From Lytechinus pictus (lineage: Eukaryota), in contig NC_087246.1 in assembly GCF_037042905.1 (NCBI RefSeq), positions 5,272,001 to 5,336,000 of the forward strand: DNA of 64,000 nucleotides, given 5' to 3'. This document shows, piece by piece, positions 26,842 through 39,500 of the stretch; the first letter of the stretch is position 1; each line of letters opens with the position of its first letter. A model generated the notes under the pieces. It was not told the DNA's origin. It made no database searches and saw nothing but the letters and a program-made list of their open reading frames with translations. A program made the position numbers and the translations under genes.

Positions 26842-27422
26842 TACTACTAATATTGTTATTGTTATATATTACAAATAATAATTTTTATTTTCATAACTAT
26901 CAAAGTGATTATGATTATTATCAATATCATTATTCATTTAAAACCCCGCAGCATGTACCAGCGACCAACCGTTTGTTATGAACGTCAATTGCCCTCTACA
27001 CACGCTTGCAAGTGGAGAGGTTGTGCAAATGATCTTGAAGAAGACTACACAATCGGTCGTACCACATGGATTTTATAATTCGTTACAATTATCACAAGTA
27101 TATTGTTCAATACCAGGTAGGAATGCAACAATGTAACAATAAATAAGGTCTGCCAAATGGATATGATAATTGTTAGAATTATCAAAAGTGATTGTTCCAT
27201 ACCAGGTTAGAATGTGACAACTGATGTTATAAAGTGCAGACATCATACTTTATGCTATGCCCAAACGACGCATTTGATCTTTAATGAGATTTCTGTTAGC
27301 ATGATACATGTAAACCATATTTTGATTTAAGAAAACCTTCATCACCATCATAATCATTGCAATGTACTTTTATCGGTTTTATCGTCAATATTATGTCAGT
27401 TAAATAAAATAAGGCTAAACTG

Positions 27423-27593
27423 GTGGGTGTTTCATAAAGCTGTTCGTAACTTAAGAGCGACTTCAAGAACAACAGGTGAACTTTTCTTACGCGCTTAACC
27501 ATCACCAATGAATATACCATTTACCACAAGAAAGGATCACCAGTCGTTCTTTAAGTCGCTCTTAACTTACGAACAGCTTTATGGAACACCCAC
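27423..27593. mobile_element. PIF/Harbinger-type MITE, 171 bp
   Basis: TIR GTGGGTGTTTCATAAAGCTGTTCGTAA / TTACGAACAGCTTTATGGAACACCCAC, with 3-bp TSD CTG. Confidence 0.8.
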
Positions 27594-30500
27594 CTGGTAT
27601 CATAAGGGTAAATTTCCCCGCTGCAAATGTTGCATTTTTACCAGTTCAAGCCGAATTACTGTGACACATGTTTCAATCTGTTCTAAATCCTTTGCTTTCA
27701 TGACCCATTTATATTTATCTAATATTTTCTTTGTTATTTATTCGAAGTGAATTGGCCCGAATTCCTTTAACAGATTTATCATCATAGGCAAGGTGATATG
27801 TTTTTAATAAATCATAAATAAATTCAACTAGGGCAAGTAAATCATCATTCATTTACTGACAGATCTGCATTATACTTACCAAGTCGTGAATATTGAATGC
27901 AATACGTCGTAATTAAGCGCTTGATTTTGATTCTTTTCACAAGGCTGTTACATGCGACGTGCAATCAATCAATACAGTTGACAAAGTGCACTTATATCGA
28001 TAGCCGCATGAATACTAAATTACAATGAATAAAAGCCCGAGGTTTATGGGATTGGTCCTATGAATGAGTATACAAACACGAAGTAACGGAACAAAAAGCT
28101 ATTCAAATAAAATTACGAGCCCCGCTCAATTTTCTAACATTGACTTAAATTTCGCATCCCGTCCCCAATTTTAAGTGTGCTTGGCCTCCACATCTTCCAT
28201 ATTTTAGCAAGTTAGTATTGAAATCCTCATGGATTATTAACCAGGTTGATTTTGTTCATCGCTGCAATACATTGATTTCACCACAAATTTGGCAATGAGA
28301 AAGACCCAGAAAGTAACCTTTAATGGCTGCAGTCAAGTTTTGCGAGGTAAGACGAGTAATTGTTTCATTTCAGGGCACAATATGTCAATACATACCCCTA
28401 TTCACTCTCGCGTTAAATCATAGCCCATCGAAAAGTCATCAAAAATCAATCCCACTATAGATGGACCTAGTAATCAACGCATTTCAGGCTCTCTTTAGGT
28501 TTATTAGATTAATAAATAAGAAAATAACATTTTCAAAAATGTTTTTAAATTTTCCCTTTTTTCAGAAAAGAATATCGAGATTTATCTCGAGGAATAAGAA
28601 GAAAATCATCATTTTCATATGACAAAATGTCCTTAGAATGTTCTGGCCCTAGGTCAAAATGATAATGATAAATATATCAGCTCGCGCTTCGCTTGCATCA
28701 TTTATTGAGTGCAGCACCGACGACTTGATCCTGACGGAGCGAAGATGTTCTGTCACTCTATCACCAGGCCTCCCCTTCGTCTCGTCGCCTTGCACTTGGA
28801 AATGAGATGCAATTTATGCATCTCATGTGAAGAGCTGTGGATCTTCCAAGTATCCTCCGGTCGGATATCTCTGTCGCTCATATTGGCAAAATATCACAAA
28901 AATTTTGTTGGGCCAAAGCAAATATTTTAACCTGATTACGATATGGCAAAATTGATATCTGTCCAACATCTCGCCAACATAACAATGTTGACAAGTAGGA
29001 AAAGGTTGAGAACATTTAAAAATATAAATCTTGGGCTGACGTTATAACTTCGACTTCTTTGTGATGTGGCAAAAGCAGTGCTGAGACAATACAACGTTGA
29101 CGACAATATCGTCATTCACAAAATGTTGGCAAATGGTCTAAAATAAAGAGTTGGGCTAAAGTGAATATTTTGACCTAATTATGATATGGCAAAATTGATA
29201 TTCCTCCAACACCTCGCCAACATCAAAATGTTGACAATAGGGGAAGGTTGACAAAGTGTCAAAACATAAATGCAGATGCAGCTGACCCTCTTTTCTGCGT
29301 TTTCTTTCTCATCTTGGAAAGAAGTGGTGACAATAGACCGTCGGCTAGGCTTTTGAATATACTTCAGAAATCAGTGCGTAAAGGTAAAAGCGTATACTGT
29401 AGTGCGGAGCACGTACGTACACATACTCGGTACAATGTGGGAAAGTGCCTAGTAACACGGAATATACACAGCTCCTCGTCATAATATTTAAGGTTACCAA
29501 AAATTTTCTGTAGAATCTGATTTTTTGTGCTATTTCCCCTATTTTTAGGGTGCTGAATACGAATCTGCTTGTTGCCAAATTTAAAAATGCCGTCTTCGAC
29601 CGTTGCCATGGCAACGGATTAATTTCTCAAAAATAGCATGTATTCCCCTGTAAATGGTACATAAACATGATATAAATTAGCCAATAGATTGAATTCAAGG
29701 TTCCAATTAGATACAAATAAAATTCAAAATATTTAAGATCATCAAAATGGTTCCAATTGGCCCCTTGCCATGGTAACGGCTCATTTTTCCTCCAGAAAAG
29801 TAAAAATTTTGATTTAAAGTTGTAGAATCTGATTTTGTTTCATTTTCCCTGCGTTTAGGGTGTTAAACATAGGAGTGAGTTTTGCTAAATGTATAAATAC
29901 ACTCTCATTCCATTGCCATGGCAACCAAAATGATACCTAATTTGGTAAAAAAAGAAATAACAAGGTAAAAAAGACAATGGCGAGAAATACAATAAAAGCG
30001 ACCTACATGTAATCTACATGCGTTGGGTTTTTCCCACTCATTTACTACAAAAACTACAGTAAGTGTTATGCATGGTTTTATTGGTATGATAGTAATTGAT
30101 GTTGCCTTGACAATGCTTGAATTTAAAGATAAATATCAATATTGCAAATTGGCCGTTGCCATGGTAACACCTTATTTTTTTCTCAGAAAAGTATACATTT
30201 GATAAAAAATATTGTAGAATCTGAATTTTCTATCATTTCCCCTAATTATATGATACTAGATCTATATGTGCTTGTTGCTAAATGTATAAATACCATCTTA
30301 GGCCATTGCCATGGCAACCAAATAACATGGGGCGAGATCATGGTGGAAAATACCATGAAAATCACAATCTACATGCGTAAGGTTTGAACCATTAAATATA
30401 AATACAGTAAGTGGTCTGCATGAGTTCATTAGAAAGAAAAGAACTGCTGCTGCCTTGGTAACACTTGTATTTAATATACCGGGGTAAATATAAATATGAA

Positions 30501-30614
30501 TGTCGCAAACCTCCCATGGCCATGGTAACATCTTATTTTTCGCAGAAAATTACAAAGTTGAAAACAACTTCAAATTTTCCTTTCATTTCCCCTAATTTTA
30601 GGGTGCCCAACATC

Positions 30615-31266
30615 CAGTTGAGGCCAATAGTTTACATACACCCATGGAATTCAGTGAAATTTATTCGTTTGCCAAACATACTAAAATTTACTACCGGTAT
30701 ATCTTCAGAAATATAAATACTACCATGACGAATTTGGTGTCAAATGAAAGAGCATATTAAGCTCTTTTACATGATTAGGATGCCGCTGGGATTAAAGTAA
30801 ATTTCAGGTGAATTTTTTAAAAAGAAAAATAGTAATATTCGTATAAAATGTATTCTATTGTTTGTTATTGTATTTTCAAACATCGTTTCATAGAAATATA
30901 TAAATGTCATATCTATGATTTATATTTATACTTTTTCTTTCATGATGTGTCACCACTGAACAAAAAGTGTGATCTGAAATGTTTGTGTTGAGAAGTAACT
31001 AGCATTAATATGAAACGTTTTTGTCAAGTTTTTATTTTTAAATTGTCTTAAATATGAAGATTTTTTTGGGAAAAATGACATCTAAATATTTTTCAGCTCC
31101 TGATGACAAAGCAATGTGATGAAGGGGCATGACATACTCATTTGTTTGATATCAAATTTGTCATGATAGCACAAATATTTTATAATATTCAGTAAATCTT
31201 ATGATGTTTGGTGAGTGTCAACTTTAAAAAAAATCCTGGGTGTATGTCAACTTCTGGCCTCAACTG
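30615..31266. mobile_element. Tc1/mariner-type non-autonomous element
   Basis: TIR CAGTTGAGGCCAATAGTTTACATACACCCA / TGGGTGTATGTCAACTTCTGGCCTCAACTG followed by TA. The left TA is not preserved. Confidence 0.75.
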
Positions 31267-31644
31267 TACATATGCTTGTTAATGTAAAAATACTCTCTCG
31301 GGCCATTTTCAATTTAGAATTAAATCCAATCCACATAACATGTACTCAAATAAATTATCCAATTACACTAATTTTTTGAAGAAAAATGGTACTTATTCTG
31401 CATGAATTCCAGTATTTTAACTCCAAAATGACCGCAGATAGTCATTTTGAGTATAGTGATTTTGGGTGATTTGTGCTTAAAAGTGTTAAATATAATAATA
31501 GGGGGGCATACACTTGATGAATGAAAATTTTAAATAGATCTTTCAGGAGGTGACATGGTCTTGACCTCCTAATCTGAGATTATTGCCATAACCAAATTGG
31601 CAGGTGGTGTCCATTTTTAAAAATGGACACATTGTGGGGGGGGG

Positions 31645-31890
31645 GGGGCGTCGTGGTCTAGTTGTTAAGACTCTTTCTTTCAATCTGAGGGATATGAGTT
31701 CGATTCCCAGCCAGGGTGTGTTTTCCTTCAGTAATGAATTTATCCATATTGTGGTGCACTCAAGCCAGGTGAGGTAAATGGGTACCTGCAGGAAGTAAGT
31801 CCTTAAAAAGCTGTGAGCACCGGATGCGGTAGTCTAGCTTAGCCGGGGTAATATAGGAGCACTATACAAATCCTACATTATTTTATTTAT
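31645..31890 (+). mobile_element. tRNA-derived SINE
   Basis: A box GTGGTCTAGTTG, B box GAGTTCGATTCC, core CCAGGTGAGGTAAATGGGTACC, and an (ATT)-type tail. Confidence 0.75.
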
Positions 31891-32169
31891 TATTATAAAA
31901 ATGAATAATTCTACTTATCAAGTGCTTTCAATACATAAAGTGGGTGCTAAAATAAAATTCATAGATTTGTAAGCTTTAAAAAAACAATTGTACAGAAGGA
32001 CATGAACAGATTTTGAATATTGACTTATGCACTGTTGACCTAAGTTGGGGGATATAAAAGGGTCTGTAAACAAAAACCCAGCATGAAATGTATTGTGGTG
32101 TCAGGTTATCAATGGACAAGTAAACAAAGCAATTTTTTCTATAATTCTGTTTTTGACCAGTAGCGAGTA

Positions 32170-32290
32170 GTGACTATTATCTAGGCGGCTGAACACCAGT
32201 TCAAAGTGTCCCCAAGTGGTTATAAATACGAAGTAAAAAGTAAAGGTCCCAGTACAAAACCCTGAGGAACACCATATTGCAACCCATGAC
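32170..32290 (-). pseudogene. Small non-LTR RT fragment (CR1/L2-like)
   Basis: The minus strand translates as QYGVPQGFVLGPLLFTSY, the RT GVPQGSVLGPLLF motif. Confidence 0.6.
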
Positions 32291-33296
32291 CCTTTTTTTC
32301 TTAATGGCTACCGACCGCGATTCGTTTTAAAGGCAAGGTGAGCATATGGCAAAGGTAGTTCAGATTTTGATTTCTTGACTCTAAAACCCCCAAATAAATA
32401 TTTTGAACAACTCTCTATCAAAATGGAATCACCCCCTAAAGTTGTCATTTTTCAAAATGACAGGCAGCTACCAGAGTGAATTTTTCATGGCGGTAATCTC
32501 TGATTAGGCGGTCAAGTTTAGATCAGTTAACTGTGTGGACTTAAGATTTTAATTTCCTAACCTAAAAAATCCCCATGTTGCTATTTTAAAAAGCTCATTT
32601 ATAGCACAAATCAACCCAAATTCCTTTTATTCAAACTGGCCACCAGCAGCACTCTGGATATTTTAATTATACTATAGTCAATCTCTGTTCAGGAGGTCAA
32701 GATCACTTCAACTCATCAAATATACTTAAGATTTTGATTTCCTTTTCCCCTATAAAACTTATTCTTTATAATATTTTCATCAGCTTTATAGCAAAATCCA
32801 CCCAAAATTTCTTTCTAAAATGGTTTCCGGCAGCCATTTCAAAGTTTTTATACGAATTTCATGGTCAATTTTTCTTCATACAATTAATTGTCCATAAACA
32901 CATTATACATGAATGTGATTGGCAAATTTATTTTTTCCCATTAACCTTTAGCTTTAAAATATAGACATTTGTGACCCTTAAATTGGCAGCCACCTTGGAG
33001 TTTGAAGTTCGGGGTAATTCAATCCAGCAAATAGATGTCACATGGCATCTTTTAAAAACTTTACCCCTAAATCAATATTTCTGTCAGATTACTAGGCCAA
33101 ATGGCCCAAAATATTCTCAAAATGGTCTCTAGCTGAATTCTCCCTAATTTCACAAACCCTTAGAAAAATTGCCATACTGGCTATTTTTTAATAAAATTTA
33201 TTAGAGCACAAATGGTCAAAAACAGATCTTTACACTCCACATTCCTCACTTGAACCTAGGAAGTGATTCGCTAGATCCATAGGAGAGCTTGTGCGT

Positions 33297-34857
33297 CACA
33301 GACTGTAAATGGTTGGACCATAGGGTGACCCTTTGATTGTGAGCAGAGCCATCAAGGGATTCAGTCGAGTGAAGGAAGCTACATCTTGTTTTGAGTCTCT
33401 TTTTGGCAGGTTCATATAGTTAAAGAGTGGATGAAGAGGGTGATCTTCTTGCTTGTTTTTTTTTCCACCTCTGCTGACACCTATCTTCTGATGTGTGGAA
33501 GGGCAATACCACACAGTAGGTAGAGATCATCTGCTCTTGTTTTGTCGCAGCCAGTAATTGCTCTGCAAGCAGCATTCAGGTCTGCATCAATCTTTGCAGC
33601 ATGTGATGACCTAAAACGGATGGGGACTGCATACTCAGCAGTCTAGTAGCATAGAGCAAGAGCTGTCGCACGGATGGTTTTGGCATCTGTTCCCATTTTA
33701 TGTTGGCAAGCTTCTTCAGGATGCTGTTCCTTGCTCCAACTTTAGCCTTTGTCTTGGAAACATGGTCTTTGTAGGTAAGGGAACTGTCTTGGGTGATGGG
33801 TGAAAAGCACCGAGTTGGGTTTTTTTTCTGGATTTGCCCAGAGATGATTGCAGGGTAGAAAGGAGTCAGGCCTACCAGAGCATTGCTGAGTGCATTTTCA
33901 TCTCTTCAAAGGACTGTTTCTGTGAAGCAATGCAAATGCTATCAGCGTACAGGTAGCTCTCATTATTTGGTGGATTGGTTGGTCATTTGTGTAGATGCTA
34001 AAGAGTGGGACGATGATGCTTCCTTGTGAGAGACCTTTTGTGTGTCAGCCATCTGCTACTGTAACCACTGAGATTCACAAAAACTGCTGATTTGAGAGCA
34101 TGATCTGAATAATCTGTGTCAGCTTAAGCCTTCCTTTGTCATCTCAAAGACTTTCCTTGTGAGTATTTGATGATTGTGTCATAAGCTGCAATGAGGTCTA
34201 CAAAGGCTGCTCCATTTATCAACCCTTTCTCGAAGCCAGTAGCTCTTTGCGTTGGCTGGTTTTTTGCCTGGCTTGAGTAAGGCAACTACCCTTGATTTCC
34301 TCCATAAGTTTGGCATTGTGCTTTCACTCGGACAGTAGTTTAGCATGTCAAGCAGCCATTGGAGTGAAACAGGTCCAAGATGTTTCATCTGCTCACAGAT
34401 CGAGGAAATCATCCAATCCAGCTGCCTTGCTGATCTTCATTGCTTTGATAGCATTGCACAAGTCGTTCATGCTGAAAGGTCTTGTGAACTCAGATGACTC
34501 TTGGCAGGCTGTCCGCACACTTTTAGGTTGGATCTTCGCGGGTGATTATGAGGGTTACCTTGGCTGTTCACTAGAAGCTGGTTGGCCACTTGGCCGGCGG
34601 TAACTTGGGACCTAGATTAGGACTTTGTAGAGTCATTCCCAAGGATCCAAATCTGGTGTTTCTGCTGGCCCTGAGTATAGCTTGTACGGCATTCTTGTGG
34701 AATATTCTTCCTTGATGATTTCTTCAGCAGCTCTAAAAATGTGTCGTAATGAGTAGGGAGTGCAGGGAGGTTCTGAAGATATGTATCCAGATCTATGGCA
34801 AGCTGCTCACAGTTTACTTTCTTCAGGTTGAAAGTCTGCAGAAGGGAACTTTGGGAG
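33297..34857 (-). pseudogene. Decayed non-LTR retrotransposon (LINE) reverse transcriptase
   Basis: Frameshifted motifs WRKSRVVALLKPGK..SY, GAAFVDLIAAYDT, GLSQGS..P.LFSIYTNDQP, YAD-like YLYADS, and LNAACRAITGC. Confidence 0.85.
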
Positions 34858-36573
34858 GAGAGATGTTTACCACGGCATCAGGCCATTTGCAACATTGATA
34901 TAATTAAATCAATTAACCACTACCAAAGCAGCATCAACAAGAATATCAATGTTTATCAACCTACGTGTATACTTTGGCGGAAATGAAAGAAAAATCGGAC
35001 TCTACATATTTTTATTAAAACTTTTCTGGTGTAAAATGAGCCATTACCATGACAACAGGCCATTTGCAACATTGATATTTATTAATAAAATCAAGCGTTG
35101 CCAAGGGAACATCAATTTTTATCATTCAAATGAATTCATGCAGAATAATTACGTAATTTTGGTTTTGTTTTTGGTTTTGGTCATGCAGATTAGTTCGTTT
35201 TTTACTCTACATCCCACCATTACCTTTTTCAACATGTTATTTTTTACCAAATAAGTTGGTATTTGGTTGCCATGGCAATGGTCTGAGATGGTACTTACAT
35301 ATTTACCAACAAGCATATTTATTTTTAGCAACCTAAACTTAGCGGAAATGAACGACAAAAAATGTGACTATCTGTTTTTATCAAAATGTGTTCTTTTCTG
35401 AGAAAAATAAGATGTTACCATGGCAACGGGCCATTTGCAATATTGATATTTATCTTTAAATTCTAGCATTTTCAAGGCAACATCAATTCCTATCATTCCA
35501 ATAACACTTACTGTAGTTTTTGTCTTAAATGAGTGGGAAAAACCCAACGCATGTAGATTAGGTCGCTTTTATTGTATTTCTCGCCATTGTCTTTTTTTTA
35601 CCATGTTATTTCTTTTCTTACCAAATTAGGTATTATTTGGTTGCCATGGCAATGGAATGAGAGTGTATTTATACATTTAGCAAAAATCGATCCTATGTTT
35701 AACACCCTAAACGAAGGGAAAATGAAACAAAAAACTGATTCTACAACTTTAAATCAAAATTTTTACTTTTCTGGAGGAAAAATGAGCCGTTACCATGGCA
35801 ACGGGCCAATTGGAACCAATTTGATGATCTTAAATATTTTTGAATTTCATTTGTATTTAATTGGAACCTTGAAATCAATCTTTTGGCTAATTTATATCAT
35901 GTTTATCTACCATTTACAGGGGAATATATGCTATTTTTGAGAAATTAATCTGTTGCCATGGCAACGGTCGAAGACGGCATTTTTAAATTTGGCAACAAGC
36001 AGATTCGTATTTAGCACCCTAAAAATAGGGAGATAAGCGCAAAATATCAGATTCTACAGAAATTTTTTGGAATTCTTACTACTTGCCGCCTACTGAACCT
36101 GGGAAGCGGGGGTGCTGGAGGTGATGCGTGTATTATTTTCCATAGGCAGCACCCCTACGAAATCTACTATTATATCCTACATAGAGTAAATCCTGTAGAG
36201 TGATTGGTTCAAGTAGCATCATGTGACCGAATATATTTCAACTATGATGTTGCGTGACGTCAGACCTCGATATATTTTTGGATATACCAATATTCTGACG
36301 TCATTATTTCACAAAACTGGATATCTCGGCGCACCGGCTTGCACGTTCTCTCTCCCGGGCAAGTCCAGCGCGATGCGTCAGCGCAGACACTAATCTGCGT
36401 TCCACTGAGCGCGGTGGCTCGGAGAAAAGTAGGTAATTCAACGCAAGTAACAGGACTTTGCATGCTCAGCGCATAGATTTTGGTTATTTAAATTATTAAA
36501 AGTAGGAAATAAAACAAATATATCAGGCGTTTCATTCGAAAGCATAGTGGGAATTATTAATCCTCGGTTGGAC

Positions 36574-39500
36574 TGAAATTAGGATAAAATTATCCTCGTG
36601 TAGCTTTGAAATTAAGAAAAATTTATCCTCATGTAGCTTTGAAATTAAGATAAATTTATCCTCATGTAGCCTTGAAATTAGGATAAATTTATCCTCATGT
36701 AGCCTTGAAGTTAGGATAAATTTATCCTCATGTAGCCTTGAAATTAGGACAAATTTATCCTCATGTAGCCTTGAAGTTAGGATAAATTTATCCTCATGTA
36801 GTCTTGAAATTAGGATAAATTTATCCTCGTTTAGCCTTGAAATTAGGATAAATTTATCCTCGTGTAGCTTTGAAATTAAGATAATTTTATCCTCATGTAG
36901 CCTTGAAATTAAGATAAATTTATCCTCGTGTAGCTTTGAAATTAGGATAAATTTATCCTCGTGTAGCCTTGAAATTAGGATAAATTTATCCTCGTTTAGC
37001 CTTGAAATTAGGATAAATTTATCCTCGTGTAGCTTTGAAATTAAGATAAATTTACCCTCATGTAGCCTTGAAATTTAGATAAATTTATCCTCGTGTAGCT
37101 TTGAAATTAGGATAAATTTATCCTCTTGTAGCCTTGAAATTAGGATAAATTTATCCTTGTGTAGCCTTGAAATTAGGATAAATTTATCCTCGTGTAGCTT
37201 TGAAATTAAGATAAATTCATCCTCATGTAGCCTTGAAATTAAGATAAATTTATCCTCTTGTAGCCTTGAAATTAGGATAAATTTATCCTCATGAAGCCTT
37301 GAAATTAAGACAAATTTATCCTCGTGTAGCCTTGAAATTCAGATGAATTTATCCTCGTGTAGCCTTGAAATTAGGAAAAATTTATCCTCGTGTAGTCTTG
37401 AAATTAAGATAAATTTATCTTCGTGTAGCTTTGAAATTAAGATAAATTTATCCTCACGTAGCCTTGAAATTAGGATAAATTTATCCTCGTGAAGCTTTAA
37501 AATTAAGATGAATTTATCCTCATGTAGCTTTGAAATTAAGATAAATTTATCCTCATGTAGCCTTGAAATTAGGATAAATTTATCCTCATGTAGCCTTGAA
37601 GTTAGGATAAATTTATCCTCATGTAGCCTTGAAATTAGGACAAATTTATCCTCATGTAGCCTTGAAGTTAGGATAAATTTATCCTCATGTAGTCTTGAAA
37701 TTAAGATAAATTTATCCTCGATTAGCCTTGAAATTAGGATAAATTTATCCTCGTGTAGCTTTGAAATTAAGATAATTTTATCCTCATGTAGCCTTGAAAT
37801 TAAGATAAATTTATCCTCGTGTAGCCTTGAAATTAGGATAAATTTATCCTTGTGTAGCCTTGAAATTAGGATAAATTTATCCTCGTGTAGCTTTGAAATT
37901 AAGATAAATTCATCCTCATGTAGCCTTGAAATTAAGATAAATTTATCCTCTTGTAGCCTTGAAATTAGGATAAATTTATCCTCATGAAGCCTTGAAATTA
38001 AGACAAATTTATCCTCGTGTAGCCTTGAAATTCAGATGAATTTATCCTCGTGTAGCCTTGAAATTAGGAAAAATTTATCCTCGTGTAGTCTTGAAATTAA
38101 GATAAATTTATCTTCGTGTAGCTTTGAAATTAAGATAAATTTAGCCTCACGTAGCCTTGAAATTAGGATAAATTTATCCTCGTGAAGCTTTAAAATTAAG
38201 ATGAATTTATCCTCATGTAGCTTTGAAATTAAGATAAATTTATCCTCATGTAGCCTTGAAATTAGGATAAATTTATCTTCATGTAGCCTTGAAGTTAGGA
38301 TAAATTTATCCTCATGTAGCCTTGAAATTAGGACAAATTTATCCTCATGTAGCCTTGAAGTTAGGATAAATTTATCCTCATGTAGCCTTGAAATTAAGAT
38401 AAATTTATCCTCGTGTAGCCTTGAAATTATGATAAATTTATCCTCGTTTAGCCTTGAAATTAGGATAAATTTATCCTCGTGTAGCTTTGAAATGAGGATA
38501 AATTTATCCTCGTGTAGCCTTGAAATTAGGATAAATTTATCCTCGTGTAGCCTTGAAATTAAGATAAATTTATCCTCATGTAGCTTTGAAATTAAGATAA
38601 ATTCATCCTCATGTAGCCTTGAAATTAAGATAAATTTATCCTCGTGTAGCTTTGAAATTAAGATAAATTTATCCTCGTGTAGCTTTGAAATTAAGATAAA
38701 TTTATCCTCGCATAGCCTTGAAATTAGGATAAATTTATCCTCGTAAAGCTTTGAAATTAAGATAAATTCATCCTCATGTAGCTTTGAAACGAAGATAAAT
38801 TTATCCTCATGTAGCTTTGAAATTAGGATAAATTTATCCTTATGAAGCCTTGAAATTAAGATAAATTTATCCTCGTGTATCCTTGAAATTAAGATAAATT
38901 TATCCTCGTGAAGCCTTAAAATTAGGATAAATTTATCCTCGTGAAGCTTTGAAATTAAGATAAATTTATCCTCGTGTAGCCATGAAATTAGGATAAATTT
39001 ATCCTCATGTAGCCTTGAAATTAAGATAAATTTATCCTCGTGTAGCCTTGAAATTAGGATAAATTTATCCTCGTTTAGCCTTGAAATTAGGATAAATTTA
39101 TCCTCGTGTAGCTTTGAAATTAACATGAATTTACCCTCATGTAGCCTTGAAATTAAGATAAATTTATCCTCGTGTAGCTTTGAAATGAGGATAAATTTAT
39201 CCTCGTGTAGCCTTGAAATTAGGATAAATTTATCCTCGTGTAGCCTTGAAATTAGGATAAATTTATCCTCATGTAGCTTTGAAATTAAGATAAATTTATC
39301 CTCATGTAGCCTTGAAATTAAGATAAATTTATCCTCATGTAGCCTTGAAATTAAGATAAATTTATCCTCGTGTAGCTTTGAAATTAAGATAAATTTATCC
39401 TCGTGTAACTTTGAAATTAGGATAAATTTATCCTCATGAAGCCTTGAAATTAAGATCAATTTATCCTCGTGTAGCCATGAAATTAGGATAAATTTATCCT

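Larger units (their letters stand above)
29489..36078. mobile_element. Long-TIR DNA transposon relic (~1.1-kb arms) with nested insertions
   Basis: 29489-~30600 is the reverse complement of ~34860-36078 (e.g. AAATGCCGTCTTCGACCGTTGCCATGGCAAC), with repeated GTTGCCATGGCAAC palindromes. No transposase ORF was seen. Exact termini are uncertain. Confidence 0.85.

Noticed and set aside
28900..29270. Diverged ~240-bp tandem pair (similar ~215-bp pair at 19400-19680)
   Set aside because: Old local or TE-internal duplications without coding or structural signal.
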